A DNA stretch of 63,957 bases, the filler included, from Aduncisulcus paluster (Eukaryota), in assembly GCA_024181965.1 (NCBI GenBank). It is 13 parts of 13 records of this genome, joined end to end, with 100 filler letters (N's around TTAATTAATTAA, not from the genome) between each part and the next. Parts side by side here need not be neighbours in the genome. Positions count along the whole stretch, not along the records: positions 47,376 to 49,771 come from BQXS01011673.1; positions 49,872 to 54,553 come from BQXS01011674.1; positions 54,654 to 57,413 come from BQXS01011676.1; positions 57,514 to 59,868 come from BQXS01011677.1; 9 more parts are not named here. One strand, given 5' to 3'. The notes beneath the pieces were generated by a model. It saw nothing but the letters and a program-made list of their open reading frames with translations. It did no database searches and had not been told where the DNA came from. This document shows, piece by piece, positions 47,376 through 59,183 of this stretch. The first letter of the stretch is position 1; every line of letters begins with the position of its first letter. The translations under genes and the position numbers were made by a program.

Positions 47376-49771
47376 AGCGTGGCTTCCTTGAAGACCCTTG
47401 TATCTGTTGATGACGGTTCTGGCGTATATTCTCCGGTATTATCTTGTCCAAGTATGGATATAACTGATTTAACTGGAATTGAACACATCACTGAAATCAT
47501 AAGTTTTGATCTGAGTTTAAACCGTTTGAATCCCTCAACATCACCTAAATGTCTTGATTCTTTGATGTATCTTTCTAATCTTCTCTCCCTGGATTTAGGA
47601 AGCAATTTTTATATATCTACCCTGCCCAATTTAACAGGCATGTCATCTCTCACTGCCCTAAGAATGAAAATTACTCTTCTAAATCTACCTTCAGAAACAT
47701 CACAAGATCCATATCTACCCCCATCCTTGGAGGAACTTCAGCTCTATGGATGTGATCAATTTGACCAGGGTGCATTTGATGCTCACATTGGGAATGGTCT
47801 TCTTCCAAACCTCAACTATTTGAACATTTTCTCAGCAGATCTTTCATCAATTGAAACGCTGACACAAACACAACGTGATTCTATCACCACCCTTGTCATT
47901 TCAATTCCTGATTCTCAAAATGTTGTGCCAACGATGCATAATTTGGAAACACTCACCATTGCCGATACAACTATTACTTCCATTCCAGATCTTTCGAACA
48001 GTGCTGACAAACTCACATATCTGAATATTTCCAATACAAGTGTGTCATCTCTTGTTGAAGCTGGAACTCTGTCAAACCTTGAGACGATCAAATTTATTGA
48101 TTGTCATGTTTCAGATCTCTCTCCATTGTACCATTTGTCGTCCCTCACATCTGTCAATGGGATTGGAAACAAGCTATGTATTGGTTCTGCAGAAACCATA
48201 GAAACTATCCAAGAAAAATTTGTTTCGCATGATAATTTGACTCTTAAACTTTGGACAAATTTGAGTGATGATCAAACATGCGAATGTTCTTCTGATGATA
48301 TTGGTTATAGTGAGGATCCCATGGCAGAAAATAAGGTCTGTAGTGAAACCAAACCATGGTCTGCATCATGGCATTTTGTATGTGCCGGTGATTCATACAC
48401 TTCATACACATCTGCTGAGGACTTTTCATGCACTCAGCCAGATTCATCCACGAACTGTTCTGGAGGCTGTGAGTATGGATATGAGTGTAGATATCTTGGT
48501 GATGAAGAGATTAGTGATGTTTCTTATTCTACTGGAGAGTGTCAGCAAGTGATAGTTGATGAATCGTTACATGCTTGTGTTGCTGATATGTTTGTGGATT
48601 CTGATGGAAATGCTGAATATGAACATCGAACAAATTCCACGCCTTCCCTTTTCAGTGTTGCATCTTTGAGAACCCTTGTATCCGTGGAAATTGATATCGA
48701 TAGTTATATCTATTCTCCTCAGGTTGTATATACCAATTCATCCCAACCTATTTCTGATCTTGCTGGGATTGAACATCTTGTTGGCATTAAGTATTTCAAC
48801 TTCTCTAGTTCCCTGTCTTCAGATATCACTCATCTTAATCTCTTCTCATCCTTGACAAATATTGTTGCGATGACCTTGAACAATCTTCCAAGTATTAATT
48901 ATTTGTCTGATTTATCTGAACTCATTGCTCTCGAATATTTGGCCATAAATTCAACGTCCATCGCACTTCCCTCTACCGAATATGTTCTCCCGATATCAAT
49001 CAAAGAACTTTATATGTTCTCCACAAACACTGATACTGATGGTTTTGACAAGAATGTTGGGAATGGATACTTGCTAAATCTTGAAATCCTTAGAATTGGG
49101 GGTATGGAACAAGAACAGACAATAACATCAATCTCATCATTATCACATGGCCAAAGGGAAAAATTAAATGTGCTCAGAGTCGAAGAATTATCAATCGGTG
49201 ATGCATTCAATGATGTTATCGCTGATATGACAAGTTTGGAATCTTTATTCCTTATCGAATGTGATATTATCACCATTCCAGACCTTACAAAATGTTCTTC
49301 AACGTTGAAAATACTTAATGTCATGGCAAATCCACTATTGTCATCACTTACTCCCATTGCTTCGGCTGCTCTCACCAATCTAACAACTTTGAATGTATCT
49401 GGATGTAATATCTCTGATCCTTCACCATTGTATGCTTTGTCCAACAATTCATGGACCATTTCTCTTGATTATAATTACATTTGTGGTGATACTGATTCTA
49501 CAAAGAGTTTCATTGAAAATAAGTTTACTTTTGCAAATGTGAATCTTGATAACCAAACCTGTGTTTGCTCTGATGATGAATACGGTTTGAATCCACTTTC
49601 TGATAATCTTGTGTGTAGTGAAACCAAGCCTGGATCTGGTTCATGGTATATTGTGTGCGCTAGCGATTCATACATGTCATATACTTACGCTGGTGAATTT
49701 ATATGCACTCAGCCAGATTCATCCACCACGAACTGTTCTGGAGGCTGTGAGTATGGATATGAGTGTAGATA
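47376..49771 (+). CDS. LRR plus Cys-rich modular surface protein fragment (open at both ends)
   Basis: LxxLxLxxN repeats; two modules starting ASL(K/R)TLVSV and ending CTQPDSS..NCSGGCEYGYECR. Confidence 0.88.
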
Positions 49772-50572
49772 NNNNNNNNNNNNNNNNNNNNNNNNNNNNN
49801 NNNNNNNNNNNNNNNTTAATTAATTAANNNNNNNNNNNNNNNNNNNNNNNNNNNNNNNNNNNNNNNNNNNNAAATGTGGGATTGGCTGACCAGGATCCTA
49901 CATTCCAAAGACAAGGAACGCAAAGCACAAATCTCAGTATTAAATGTATCGGATGATCAGGAGCTGGCATTGGAGTTGGAGTTGGAGTCGGAGTTGGAGT
50001 TGGAGTTGGGTGGAATGAAATGTCGTGTTCCATGAAGCATCAGGGGATTAGATTCGTAGCAGTATACAGACATATGTATACCATCGTATTCCGAGTTCTT
50101 GATATTTTTGATTGTAAGCAAAAGCAAGTGAAAATGAACAGAAAGGCAAGGATAAGGATAGAAATGAAATGGAAATATATCCATGTTATTGAATAGCATT
50201 GAAATCGTTCATAAATGTTCTTAACACGTGAAATGGAACTATATCCAGTCCTGATGGGTCTCCAAAAAGCCTGAGATATCGAGAATAAACACCATGGCAT
50301 GGAAATGAAAATAAAACATGTTTTTATCATTTACCAGCATTTAATTCGTTTATATGTGTTTTATAATTTTCCAATCTTATCTATTGAAGGGTTGCTTGTT
50401 CAGTCTGTTGGCGGCTGAGCGCCGATGTCCATTTTTTCTTGGCAAACGAGCAAATTGTATGTTTACTATATGTCACATCTTTTATTAAATGTATATTAAG
50501 AAATATTTTAATTGGATTCATTCATTATTCTGCTTGTTTTTATTTTTTAGATAAGAAATTCTCTCTATTCAA

Positions 50573-51679
50573 ATGAGTTCATCCACAGATGCTGTTATTC
50601 AAACTGTGGAGCCTGTGTTTGTTCATATAGGAGATGAGAGATGCTGTCCAATTCCTAGATATGCCCCCAATATTAAGAGTGCAGAGTTTCCAACTATCAA
50701 AGCAATGGATGGAACGAAGGATGAGGGTGATGAAGAGTACGATCAGAGTTCTAAAGCACAAAAGATGATGAAAGGAGAGTATCATGAAGGAAACTTTACC
50801 TATATCTCCATTCCTTTCTCTTCATCTTCCCCAATGAAAGGGGCTTATATCTGTCTGTGGGGTGATTCTTGGATGTCACCTCCATCACACCTTATCTTCA
50901 CTCTCACATCTTCAAAGGGTGATAAAACATCCAAGAAATACGAGTTTCCTGAATTTGAAGATGCACATTGGTATTTCCTTCCTGTTGATCTCCCTGATGT
51001 TGTTCTGTGTGAGATTACAGGGAAAGGAAGAGAGGAAGATTGGTTTAGAATCATCTCCCTTGTTTTCATTAGTAGAGAAGAAACTTCTGAAGAAATCAAA
51101 GCTCGTGAAGCCAGAGAGAAACTATGGTCTAAAGCTCCAGTTGTGAAACCAGAGTTTGTTAAGGAAGGAGATAATGAATCTGAAGGTAGAGATTCTATTC
51201 CCATTCCACGTGATGATCCAAAGATTGTTGATCCTTCATTCTCAATGGTTAAGTGCAAGGATGATTCGTATAGTAAGGAATCTGAGTATTATGATCGGAG
51301 TTCACAAGCACAAGCAATGTTAAAAGGGGAAGATTGGGTGTGGTTATCCCATCTTTCCATCCCTTTCCCATCACCTAGTCCAATGAAAGGTGCTTATATC
51401 TGTGTAAAAATGTATTATAGTTCACCCTTTCTTCTCTTCACTTTCACTGATTGTGATGGTAAGAAGACATTCAAGAAGTATGAATTCACAAGACCTAAAC
51501 ATGAATTTGAATGGCTCTTCCTTCCTATTGATTTGGATAATGTTATATTGTGCGAGATTGAAGGGAAAGGAATGTGGATGGAGAAGAATAGTCGATATTT
51601 CTACATCTACTCCCTTGTATTTACTATGCCCGAGGAAACCATTGCAGCTGAACGATTATCATTCCTTCCATGGAAATAA
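50573..51679 (+). CDS. Lineage-specific protein with two tandem homologous domains
   Basis: Internal duplication: PIPR..P, SS.AQ.M.KGE, SIPF.S.SPMKGAYIC, KKYEF, W.FLP.DL..V.LCEI.GKG. Confidence 0.85.
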   Translation: MSSSTDAVIQTVEPVFVHIGDERCCPIPRYAPNIKSAEFPTIKAMDGTKDEGDEEYDQSSKAQKMMKGEYHEGNFTYISIPFSSSSPMKGAYICLWGDSWMSPPSHLIFTLTSSKGDKTSKKYEFPEFEDAHWYFLPVDLPDVVLCEITGKGREEDWFRIISLVFISREETSEEIKAREAREKLWSKAPVVKPEFVKEGDNESEGRDSIPIPRDDPKIVDPSFSMVKCKDDSYSKESEYYDRSSQAQAMLKGEDWVWLSHLSIPFPSPSPMKGAYICVKMYYSSPFLLFTFTDCDGKKTFKKYEFTRPKHEFEWLFLPIDLDNVILCEIEGKGMWMEKNSRYFYIYSLVFTMPEETIAAERLSFLPWK

Positions 51680-51865
51680 TCCTCTCCAAGGATAATGATA
51701 TCATCTAAAAAGAAGGACATTGTACTTTTATCCCCTTGCGTCTGTCAGTCTTCTCAGAAATAATCGTTTGACAGATGTCTGATATGATATCAGTGATATG
51801 AATCCCATGATTTACCAAGATGATAGATGCCGATTGGAGATGTTAGAGTTATTGAAGGAGGCGGA

Positions 51866-51923
51866 TTTCCCGAGTTTGATGAGGTTATTGGTATTTCCTT
51901 CATGTTGATTTCCCTGATGTTGT
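51866..51923 (+). pseudogene. Degenerate fragment of the upstream two-domain family
   Basis: TTTCCCGAGTTTGA...TTGGTATTTCCTTCATGTTGATTTCCCTGATGTTGT aligns to about 50945-51004 with an indel. Confidence 0.65.
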
Positions 51924-51975
51924 CACCATAATACCCCATTTCATCCATACTAACCTTGTTGTCTCATGTTCCATT

Positions 51976-52009
51976 TGTTTCGTTTCGTTTCGTTTCGTTT
52001 CGTTTCGTT
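51976..52009. repeat. (GTTTC)n pentanucleotide microsatellite
   Basis: About six tandem GTTTC units. Confidence 0.9.
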
Positions 52010-52298
52010 GCCCGTTTATTGAAGAAAAAGTCAATCAATTGGAATTAACCAATTGTTAGCAGGACTGATATTACAATGGTTTATTTTATTATTTTATTTT
52101 AGGATTATAATTATATTAATTTTTATATTAATATAATTCGAATTAATTATTGTCGCCACCTTGCAGAGATTAATACTTTTTTGACTTCCATTTCTGGGAG
52201 ATCCAAAAATTATTGTAAAGAGATTTTGCGCTTTTATTTTAATAAATTTGTTCACGGACATAAATCCCAGATAAACTAACACAATTGTAAAATAAACC

Positions 52299-54553
52299 CT
52301 AAAAGATTGAATCGGGATCGTATCTTGGTGGCGGTTTCTGTTGTTTCCCGATACCATTTGCAACGGCATATATTCGTTGTGGAGTACGTGGATAGACCAA
52401 TCCTTCACGAACCACACCCTCAGGCGAAGGCAATTGTTGTCTCATTTCCTCGTGAGTGGGTGATGCTGTCTGTAGAGCGTCTCCATCGATCCCCATGAAT
52501 GAACGATACATTGCACTCTGTTGCTGCTGAGTGAATGGATACGATGGACTCATCATCATATTCATCTCACCAGGTGCAAACACCACGGAAGAGGTCAGCG
52601 AAGATGGTGTTGAGGACGAGGATGATGTGGATGCTATGGTGTCATGCGGAGGGTGTGACGATGATGAATGTGGAATGGATCTGGAGGATGGAGTTTTAGT
52701 GGAACTGCCACCTCCAACAGGGGTCGGTGTGTCCATCTCGATGCCACTATCCTTCATAATGATACTGCTCCCAAGCTCACCAACCGTGCTCAACAGCTTG
52801 AACTCTTTCGACCTCGAGTCCATATGCCCTCCATTCCTGTCCAAGATGCTAGAAAGATGTGGGTCTGGCATGGATGGCTGTGATGGCGGTTCAACGACCA
52901 GGACTTTCTTGTTACGACGATGGGACATTGCATCAGTATCAGCATCAGTACCATACAACGATTGAGAATGGTCACCAGATGGATATGGACGATGTGCCAT
53001 TGNNNNNNNNNNNNNNNNNNNNAGTATAAAATTAGGAAGAAACCTGGTAGGAAGAGGAAATGTTAACGATAAATCATCATAATACGGAGTTTATTCCTTG
53101 AGGAGAAGGTAGTGTTAGCAGGACTGATATTACAATGGTTTATTTTATTATTTTATTTTAGGATTATAATTATATTAATTTTTATATTAATATAATTCGA
53201 ATTAATTATTGTCGCCACCTTGCAGAGATTAATACTTTTTTGACTTCCATTTCTGGGAGATCAAAAAATTATTGTAAAGAGATTTTGCGCTTTTATTTTA
53301 ATAAATTTGTTCACGGACATAAATCCCAGATAAACTAACACAATTGTAAAATAAACCCTAAAAGATTGAATCGGGATCGTATCTTGGTGGCGGTTTCTGT
53401 TGTTTCCCGATACCATTTGCAACGGCATATATTCGTTGNNNNNNNNNNNNNNNNNNNNCATGGATGGCTGTGATGGCGGTTCAACGACCAGGACTTTCTT
53501 GTTACGACGATGGGACATTGCATCAGTATCAGCATCAGTACCATACAACGATTGAGAATGGTCACCAGATGGATATGGACGATGTGCCATTGTCATGCGA
53601 GTGGAGTCAGATATGCCATGTATGGGATGACTTATATATCCATCCATCCCAAGGGAACTATCACCAACAGGGATGAACCCATCTCCATATCCCACTGGCC
53701 TCATGAACTGACGATGATGGTGTCCAACCACATCACGAACGCCGTGTGTACTCCGAATGGTGGTTGGAACAGTATGCTTCAGTTCATGTGACACTCTCGA
53801 AATACTCTCAATGCCTCCAACACCAGTCCTCAACCAGTCAACATCAGAGCCAGGCACAGAGACTGCATGCGATCCATCCATGTCTCGATCTCGACCATGG
53901 GGGAGCAAAGGATCAAAGTGAACAGAAGGTCTCGCATCAATGTGCTGGTGGGGATGGGGATCGGTTCGACGGTGGTCAAACGTTGATGTTATTGTAGACC
54001 AAGTTTCACCTCCCATTAACACCTCTTGAACTTCACCATATTTAGGGAAAGAGAACTCAACAGTCTCCACTTCACTCTTCTTCTTCTTCTTCTTCTTCGA
54101 GTCAACATCTGCAACAACACCAGCAGAATTAATGGGGACAGAGACGGAGGATCCATGCTTTGCCTCTGCTCTTCTTTTCTCATCAGCGTCAACACATTGA
54201 ATGATATATTGCATGTCTTGAATATTCACCAGTCCACTGTCATCACTACCTTGCTTCGAACAGCCAACCTTATCCATGGCACTGGCAGCACCACCATACG
54301 GCAACTTCTTCGCCTGCTCTCGCTCACGCTGTTTGTCCGTGATCGTGGATACTTGTGGACCATAACTCACCCACCCGACACTACAAAAGAAGGCAGCGGG
54401 GGAAAGGGCTGCGAAAGACGAGAGTGGAGGCAGCATAGCATGTGATTCCAAGGGGTCTCCACGGAGATTCCTCTTGTGCCACTCTTTCGTCCGAGGAAGA
54501 ATGTGGTCGTGTTTCATGGACAAATCAATGCGTTGTGAAGGAGACATTACATC
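52299..54553 (-). CDS. C-terminal part of an uncharacterised S/P/H-rich protein split over gap-duplicated pieces
   Basis: 53459-53592 duplicates 52869-53002, joining the 54553-53459 frame to the 53002-52299 frame. Confidence 0.7.
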
Positions 54554-54653
54554 NNNNNNNNNNNNNNNNNNNNNNNNNNNNNNNNNNNNNNNNNNNNTTA
54601 ATTAATTAANNNNNNNNNNNNNNNNNNNNNNNNNNNNNNNNNNNNNNNNNNNN

Positions 54654-56009
54654 CATCTGCATAAAATCACTCTTACGTTTTTCTTCCAATCTTTGCTGTT
54701 GCCGACGTTGTTCTTCAATCAACTGTCTCAACTTTGCTTCTCGTTTCATCTGATTCTCCTCAAAGGCTTTGACTCGACGACGTTCCTCTTCCTCTCTCTC
54801 CCTCTTGCGAACGAGAAGTTGTTTCTCTCGTTCAAGCCTTCTCTGCTGTTCACGTCGTTTTGCTTCTTCAAGAGCTACCAGACGTTTACGCTGCATTTGC
54901 TCAAGACGAGCCTTACGGGCCTTATCAGCGGCGACAACCATATTTGGAGCCGGATGATGGCGAATGTGGTCATATCTTCTATCAGATTCTCTTGGCATTT
55001 GATGTGAAGATGGTGCTACGGATGGAGCTTGTTGAGCATGAGAAGAAACAGGACGTTGGTTGACAGATGGAACTTGAGGTTGCTGTTTGTCAAAGAACTC
55101 CCTTAAAAGTGGATTTTGACGAGGATTCATTCCCCCTCTATCCTGAGCAATAGCAGACGAATGAATGACAGTATGAGAAAACTCATCTTTGATAATCTCT
55201 TCGTCCAAAAATGATCTTATGCGATCCCTAATGAATGGAGTCTTCAGAATTTGATTCACAGAGGGACGTTTCTGAGGAATCTTGTTCAAAAGTTGTGAGA
55301 TAAGGTTCCGTAGATTATGGGAATATTGCGACGAGATGGGTGGATACGAGCCACGAAGGATCTTTAAAACGAGACCTTTCATATCATGTGCCTCGAAAGC
55401 ATGGCGCAAAGTTGTCATCTCATACAATACACATCCCAGCGACCATATATCAGATTTGGCATTATATGGTTTGTCTTGACAAATCTCAGGGGATAAATAA
55501 TACGGAGTTCCAATAGCTGTCCTTGCACATTCCATGGTAGATTTCAAAACACGAGCAATTCCAAAATCTCCAAGTTTGATCCTTCCTCCCTTGGTTAAAA
55601 ATATATTTTGAGTCTTTAAATCTCGATGCAATATTTTCCTGTCATGTACATGCTTTAAAGCAAGACATATTTGAACAAACCAATCAATAATTTGCGTTTC
55701 AGGCATCAATCTTCCACGACGAGTCTTAATAGCTTTATAAAGGTCACCACCATCGGCATATTCCATAACAATACATAACAATCCACGTTCTGTAAATGAT
55801 TCCTTATGTCCAACAATATTTGGATGCCTCAAGCCGGCTAATATCTTCGATTCTTTCTCGGCCTCTCTTCGTTCTTTTAAAGAAAGAGATTTAACATTAA
55901 TTTTCTTCATTACATAACTTTTCCCTTCCATTTTATGCATAACATGAACCGCACTACCAAATGATCCTGTACCAAGCACACGCTTCTCAATATACTTATC
56001 AATACCCAT
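54654..56009 (-). CDS. NIMA-related kinase (NEK1/3/5 group) with coiled-coil tail; 3' truncated
   Basis: [62 protein letters not shown]. Confidence 0.96.
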
Positions 56010-56574
56010 CAGATTTCAATTTTAGGTTAGATATATAAATTAACACTGAATAAAACAATTAAAAAATGTCACAAAATTTTCCTCGTCCCTTTATGACGAG
56101 TGTATGAAACAAAAAAATTGTTTTGTTGTTGAAAAACTGCCTGAAACAAAAAAAGTAAGTTTGGCAAATTAATAAACCAAAGGATTTTGTTATTTATTGA
56201 TAATAAATGTCAAAATAATAGTTTTTCTGGCGAATATCTGTATATTATTAGCCATAAAAATGCAAAAAAGTTATCTCATGCATCTCGAAATTACAAGAAC
56301 CATACTTAAAATTTTCCGAGATGAAATATCATTTACAACAATAAAAATCGGTAATAGCAGGAAAAAATTCGGAATTGACAAGAAAACATAAATCATTATT
56401 TTTTGTCAACATATTGATTTATTATGTGAAGCAATTCTATTAAAAATAATTTCATATGGATATTACAGCGATTTTTATCCGAACGATACTCTTGTAGGAT
56501 TTATATTGTTCATCAAAATTGCTATAACATCAACGGATGTACAAATACATTGTAAATAGTGAAACTCTATTTCA

Positions 56575-56604
56575 TCTCTCTCTCTCTCTCTCTCTCTTTC
56601 TCTC
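56575..56604. repeat. (CT)n microsatellite
   Basis: Dinucleotide run downstream of the 56625 stop. Confidence 0.9.
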
Positions 56605-56624
56605 AATATTTATATTTATATTTA

Positions 56625-57413
56625 TCACTCTGAGTAAGAACTATCAGTGAGTAGACTTTGGTCACTTTTCTCTGTAACATCGAACAATGAGGATAACAAT
56701 TCACTCTGCTCGCTTGTAAATGATCTCCTGGCCTTCTTCCTTCTTTTCTTGTCCTTTCTTGAGATACCTTCTATGGAAGCCGACTCGAGAGACAAATCAC
56801 CTTCACCCTTGTATAACTTATCATACATTCGATGGACAAAGCAACATTTTCTTTCATTAAAGCAGTGTGTAAGGCTTGCAACAAGAATTACGACAACTAC
56901 GATGCAAACAAGCACAATAAACACAATCAGGGCTTCGCTAGCATGGAGACTAAGGCGGCAATCAAAGGTTTCACTGTAAGATTCTCGACAGGTTCCACAC
57001 GACACAGAATCCCCTTTCTTTTCACATTGTTTATGTTTATCTGGACACTTTGCACAGGTTCCAGTATCATCTTTGTCACATGTTTCAGTATTATAATTGA
57101 AATAATAATCATAAGCACACTCGACAGCCCAGATATTTCCCTTAACGTTATTACAGACCTGATTGTTGGTAAAGGTGGGAACAGGATCACACATACATGT
57201 CAATTGAGGTGAGAAAGAACAATAATCAATATCTAAATCGGGAAAATATGATGTTTTGAGATATGTTCCGATATACTCATCGCTGGCTCTAAAGCACAAA
57301 TTATTGGTGGCAAATTTCAGCACTTGCATTTGTGTAAATCCATATGTACATGTGATATCGGAAATAAGATTATTATTGACATTTAGATGATACAAATCAT
57401 TCATATTTACAAG
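56625..57413 (-). CDS. C-terminus of an LRR/Cys-rich single-pass membrane protein (5' truncated)
   Basis: LYHLNVNNNLISDI (LRR), Cys-rich region, TM segment LIVFIVLVCIVVVVILVASL, basic cytosolic tail. Confidence 0.85.
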   Translation of the reverse strand, partial: LVNMNDLYHLNVNNNLISDITCTYGFTQMQVLKFATNNLCFRASDEYIGTYLKTSYFPDLDIDYCSFSPQLTCMCDPVPTFTNNQVCNNVKGNIWAVECAYDYYFNYNTETCDKDDTGTCAKCPDKHKQCEKKGDSVSCGTCRESYSETFDCRLSLHASEALIVFIVLVCIVVVVILVASLTHCFNERKCCFVHRMYDKLYKGEGDLSLESASIEGISRKDKKRRKKARRSFTSEQSELLSSLFDVTEKSDQSLLTDSSYSE

Positions 57414-57520
57414 NNNNNNNNNNNNNNNNNNNNNNNNNNNNNNNNNNNNNNNNNNNNTTAATTAATTAANNNNNNNNNNNNNNNNNNNNNNNNNNNNNNN
57501 NNNNNNNNNNNNNAAATTAA

Positions 57521-57895
57521 AACAATATTGAGGATCCAAAAAGTGTTTTAATATTTACTAAATAAATCGTCCCACCTGTGGGGGATGGGTCATTTCCCTC
57601 ATCTGACCACAAGAACATTGGCTCCCCCTTTAGATGGGGAATTGATTTTTTAAAATCTAGATTTAATTTTGTTATCGTTCCCGAGTATAGGACATCCAAA
57701 CTGTCATACTGCTGCTTTTCGGAACATGAAATTGTAAAACGGAAAGGTATCCCACTATTAAGGCAGAGAAGATGCAAAAAATGCAGGCGTGTGAGCAATA
57801 GAGATGTCAGTGCTGCCATGAACATAGCGCATTTGGGAAAATTTCTTATACTGGGTAAATGGGAAGAAAGACCCAAGGAATTTAGAAGAAAATAA
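57521..57895 (+). pseudogene. Fanzor (eukaryotic TnpB-like) RuvC C-terminal fragment, disrupted by an in-frame TAA at 57563
   Basis: VLIF..VGDGSF, GSP, VIVPEYRTSKL..CC (RuvC-II Glu), RRCKKC (zinc finger), NRDVSAAMNI (RuvC-III Asp), terminal RP.EFRR. Confidence 0.85.
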
Positions 57896-58070
57896 TTGCA
57901 ATAAAATAATTAATTAATTTTGATCCAAAAAACTTGCATAATTCCTTGAACCATAGATTTCATTTTTCTTCCAATCTCTTCCATTGTTTTCTCTCGCCTA
58001 ATTTGTCTCAGATTGACCGCAATTCTGTTGCTTAATATCCAAAACATCAATACACATTTTCTCAATATAT

Positions 58071-58907
58071 ATGGAGCCAGAACCACTTGAAGGAGTTTTT
58101 GATAATGTTTTTATTGCTATATCTGGTCTAATCGGTGCCGGAAAATCTACTCTTGCAAAAGCCCTTGGTGAAGAATTAGGCTTGCCTATATACTATGAAC
58201 CTGTTGCTGACAATGAGTATCTGGAAGATTTCTACCGTGATACTGCCAAGTATTCATTTGCTATGCAGGTGTATCTCTTGAACAAAAGATTCGAGCAACA
58301 CCAGCAAATCATTTGGTCTGGTAAAGGAGGAGTTCAAGACAGAACAATATATGAAGATTCTGTATTTGCAAAGATGCTTGCCGATAGTGGTCTTATGGAA
58401 AAGAGAGATTATGCAACATACCAATCTTTATTCAAACATATGAGCAATTTCATGCGCAAGCCTAACTTTATTGTTCATCTTGATGTCACTCCTGAGCAGT
58501 CAATGGAACGCATAAAGATGAGAGCTAGGGGCTGTGAAGTTGGAATATCTCTCGAGTATCTCAAGAATCTCGATAAAGCCTACCAAGAGTTTCTCGAAGA
58601 TATTTCCCTTGTTATTCCCGTGATTAAGGTGAAGTGGAGTGACTTTAAAGGGGCATCCGAAGTGGCACATGCTCTTGCCCGTGAGTTTAAGAGGATTGGG
58701 AATATTCGTTACGTCTCTTGGGAATCTGGCTCACCTTCGGGGTCTCCAATAATCTTTGCTCCCAAGAAAAGAAGGTCATTGATGGTTGGGAAAAGGGACA
58801 AACCATCGGCAAAGTTTCATGACAAGGAAGAAGAGATATCTCCTTCAGAATTAGCCTCAACCAGCTCTTTCCCGACTCGTGATCTTAAACTTAAAGAAAA
58901 GAAATAA
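58071..58907 (+). CDS. Deoxynucleoside kinase (dAK/dGK type)
   Basis: IAISGLIGAGKSTLA, YEPV.DN.YLEDFY, FAMQVYLL, QDRTIYED, ERIKMRARGCE, YLKNL..AY. Confidence 0.93.
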   Translation: MEPEPLEGVFDNVFIAISGLIGAGKSTLAKALGEELGLPIYYEPVADNEYLEDFYRDTAKYSFAMQVYLLNKRFEQHQQIIWSGKGGVQDRTIYEDSVFAKMLADSGLMEKRDYATYQSLFKHMSNFMRKPNFIVHLDVTPEQSMERIKMRARGCEVGISLEYLKNLDKAYQEFLEDISLVIPVIKVKWSDFKGASEVAHALAREFKRIGNIRYVSWESGSPSGSPIIFAPKKRRSLMVGKRDKPSAKFHDKEEEISPSELASTSSFPTRDLKLKEKK

Positions 58908-59183
58908 ATCACTTTATGTTGAGTTCAAAAATACCAATTCTATTGCATAAAGGTAATATTTCGGCGAGAATTTGTGATGTTTCTCGTTTGCATTATATCG
59001 TGTTCCGTAGACGATATGGAGTCCATATTCGACTTTTTTTTGATCAAAACAATGTTAAAATGGCATGATTTATTGATAAATTCGAAATAAATACATTCAC
59101 CAAAAATCAATCTCTTTTTTGATATCTAATCAATTTATTGGAGGATTAAATAATTTTATACATACAATAACGATACATTGGAA

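Noticed and set aside
49970..50009. (TTGGAG)n run resembling a telomeric repeat or PT-repeat ORF
   Set aside because: Only about six units, internal and interrupted; the surrounding ORFs are short and unsupported.
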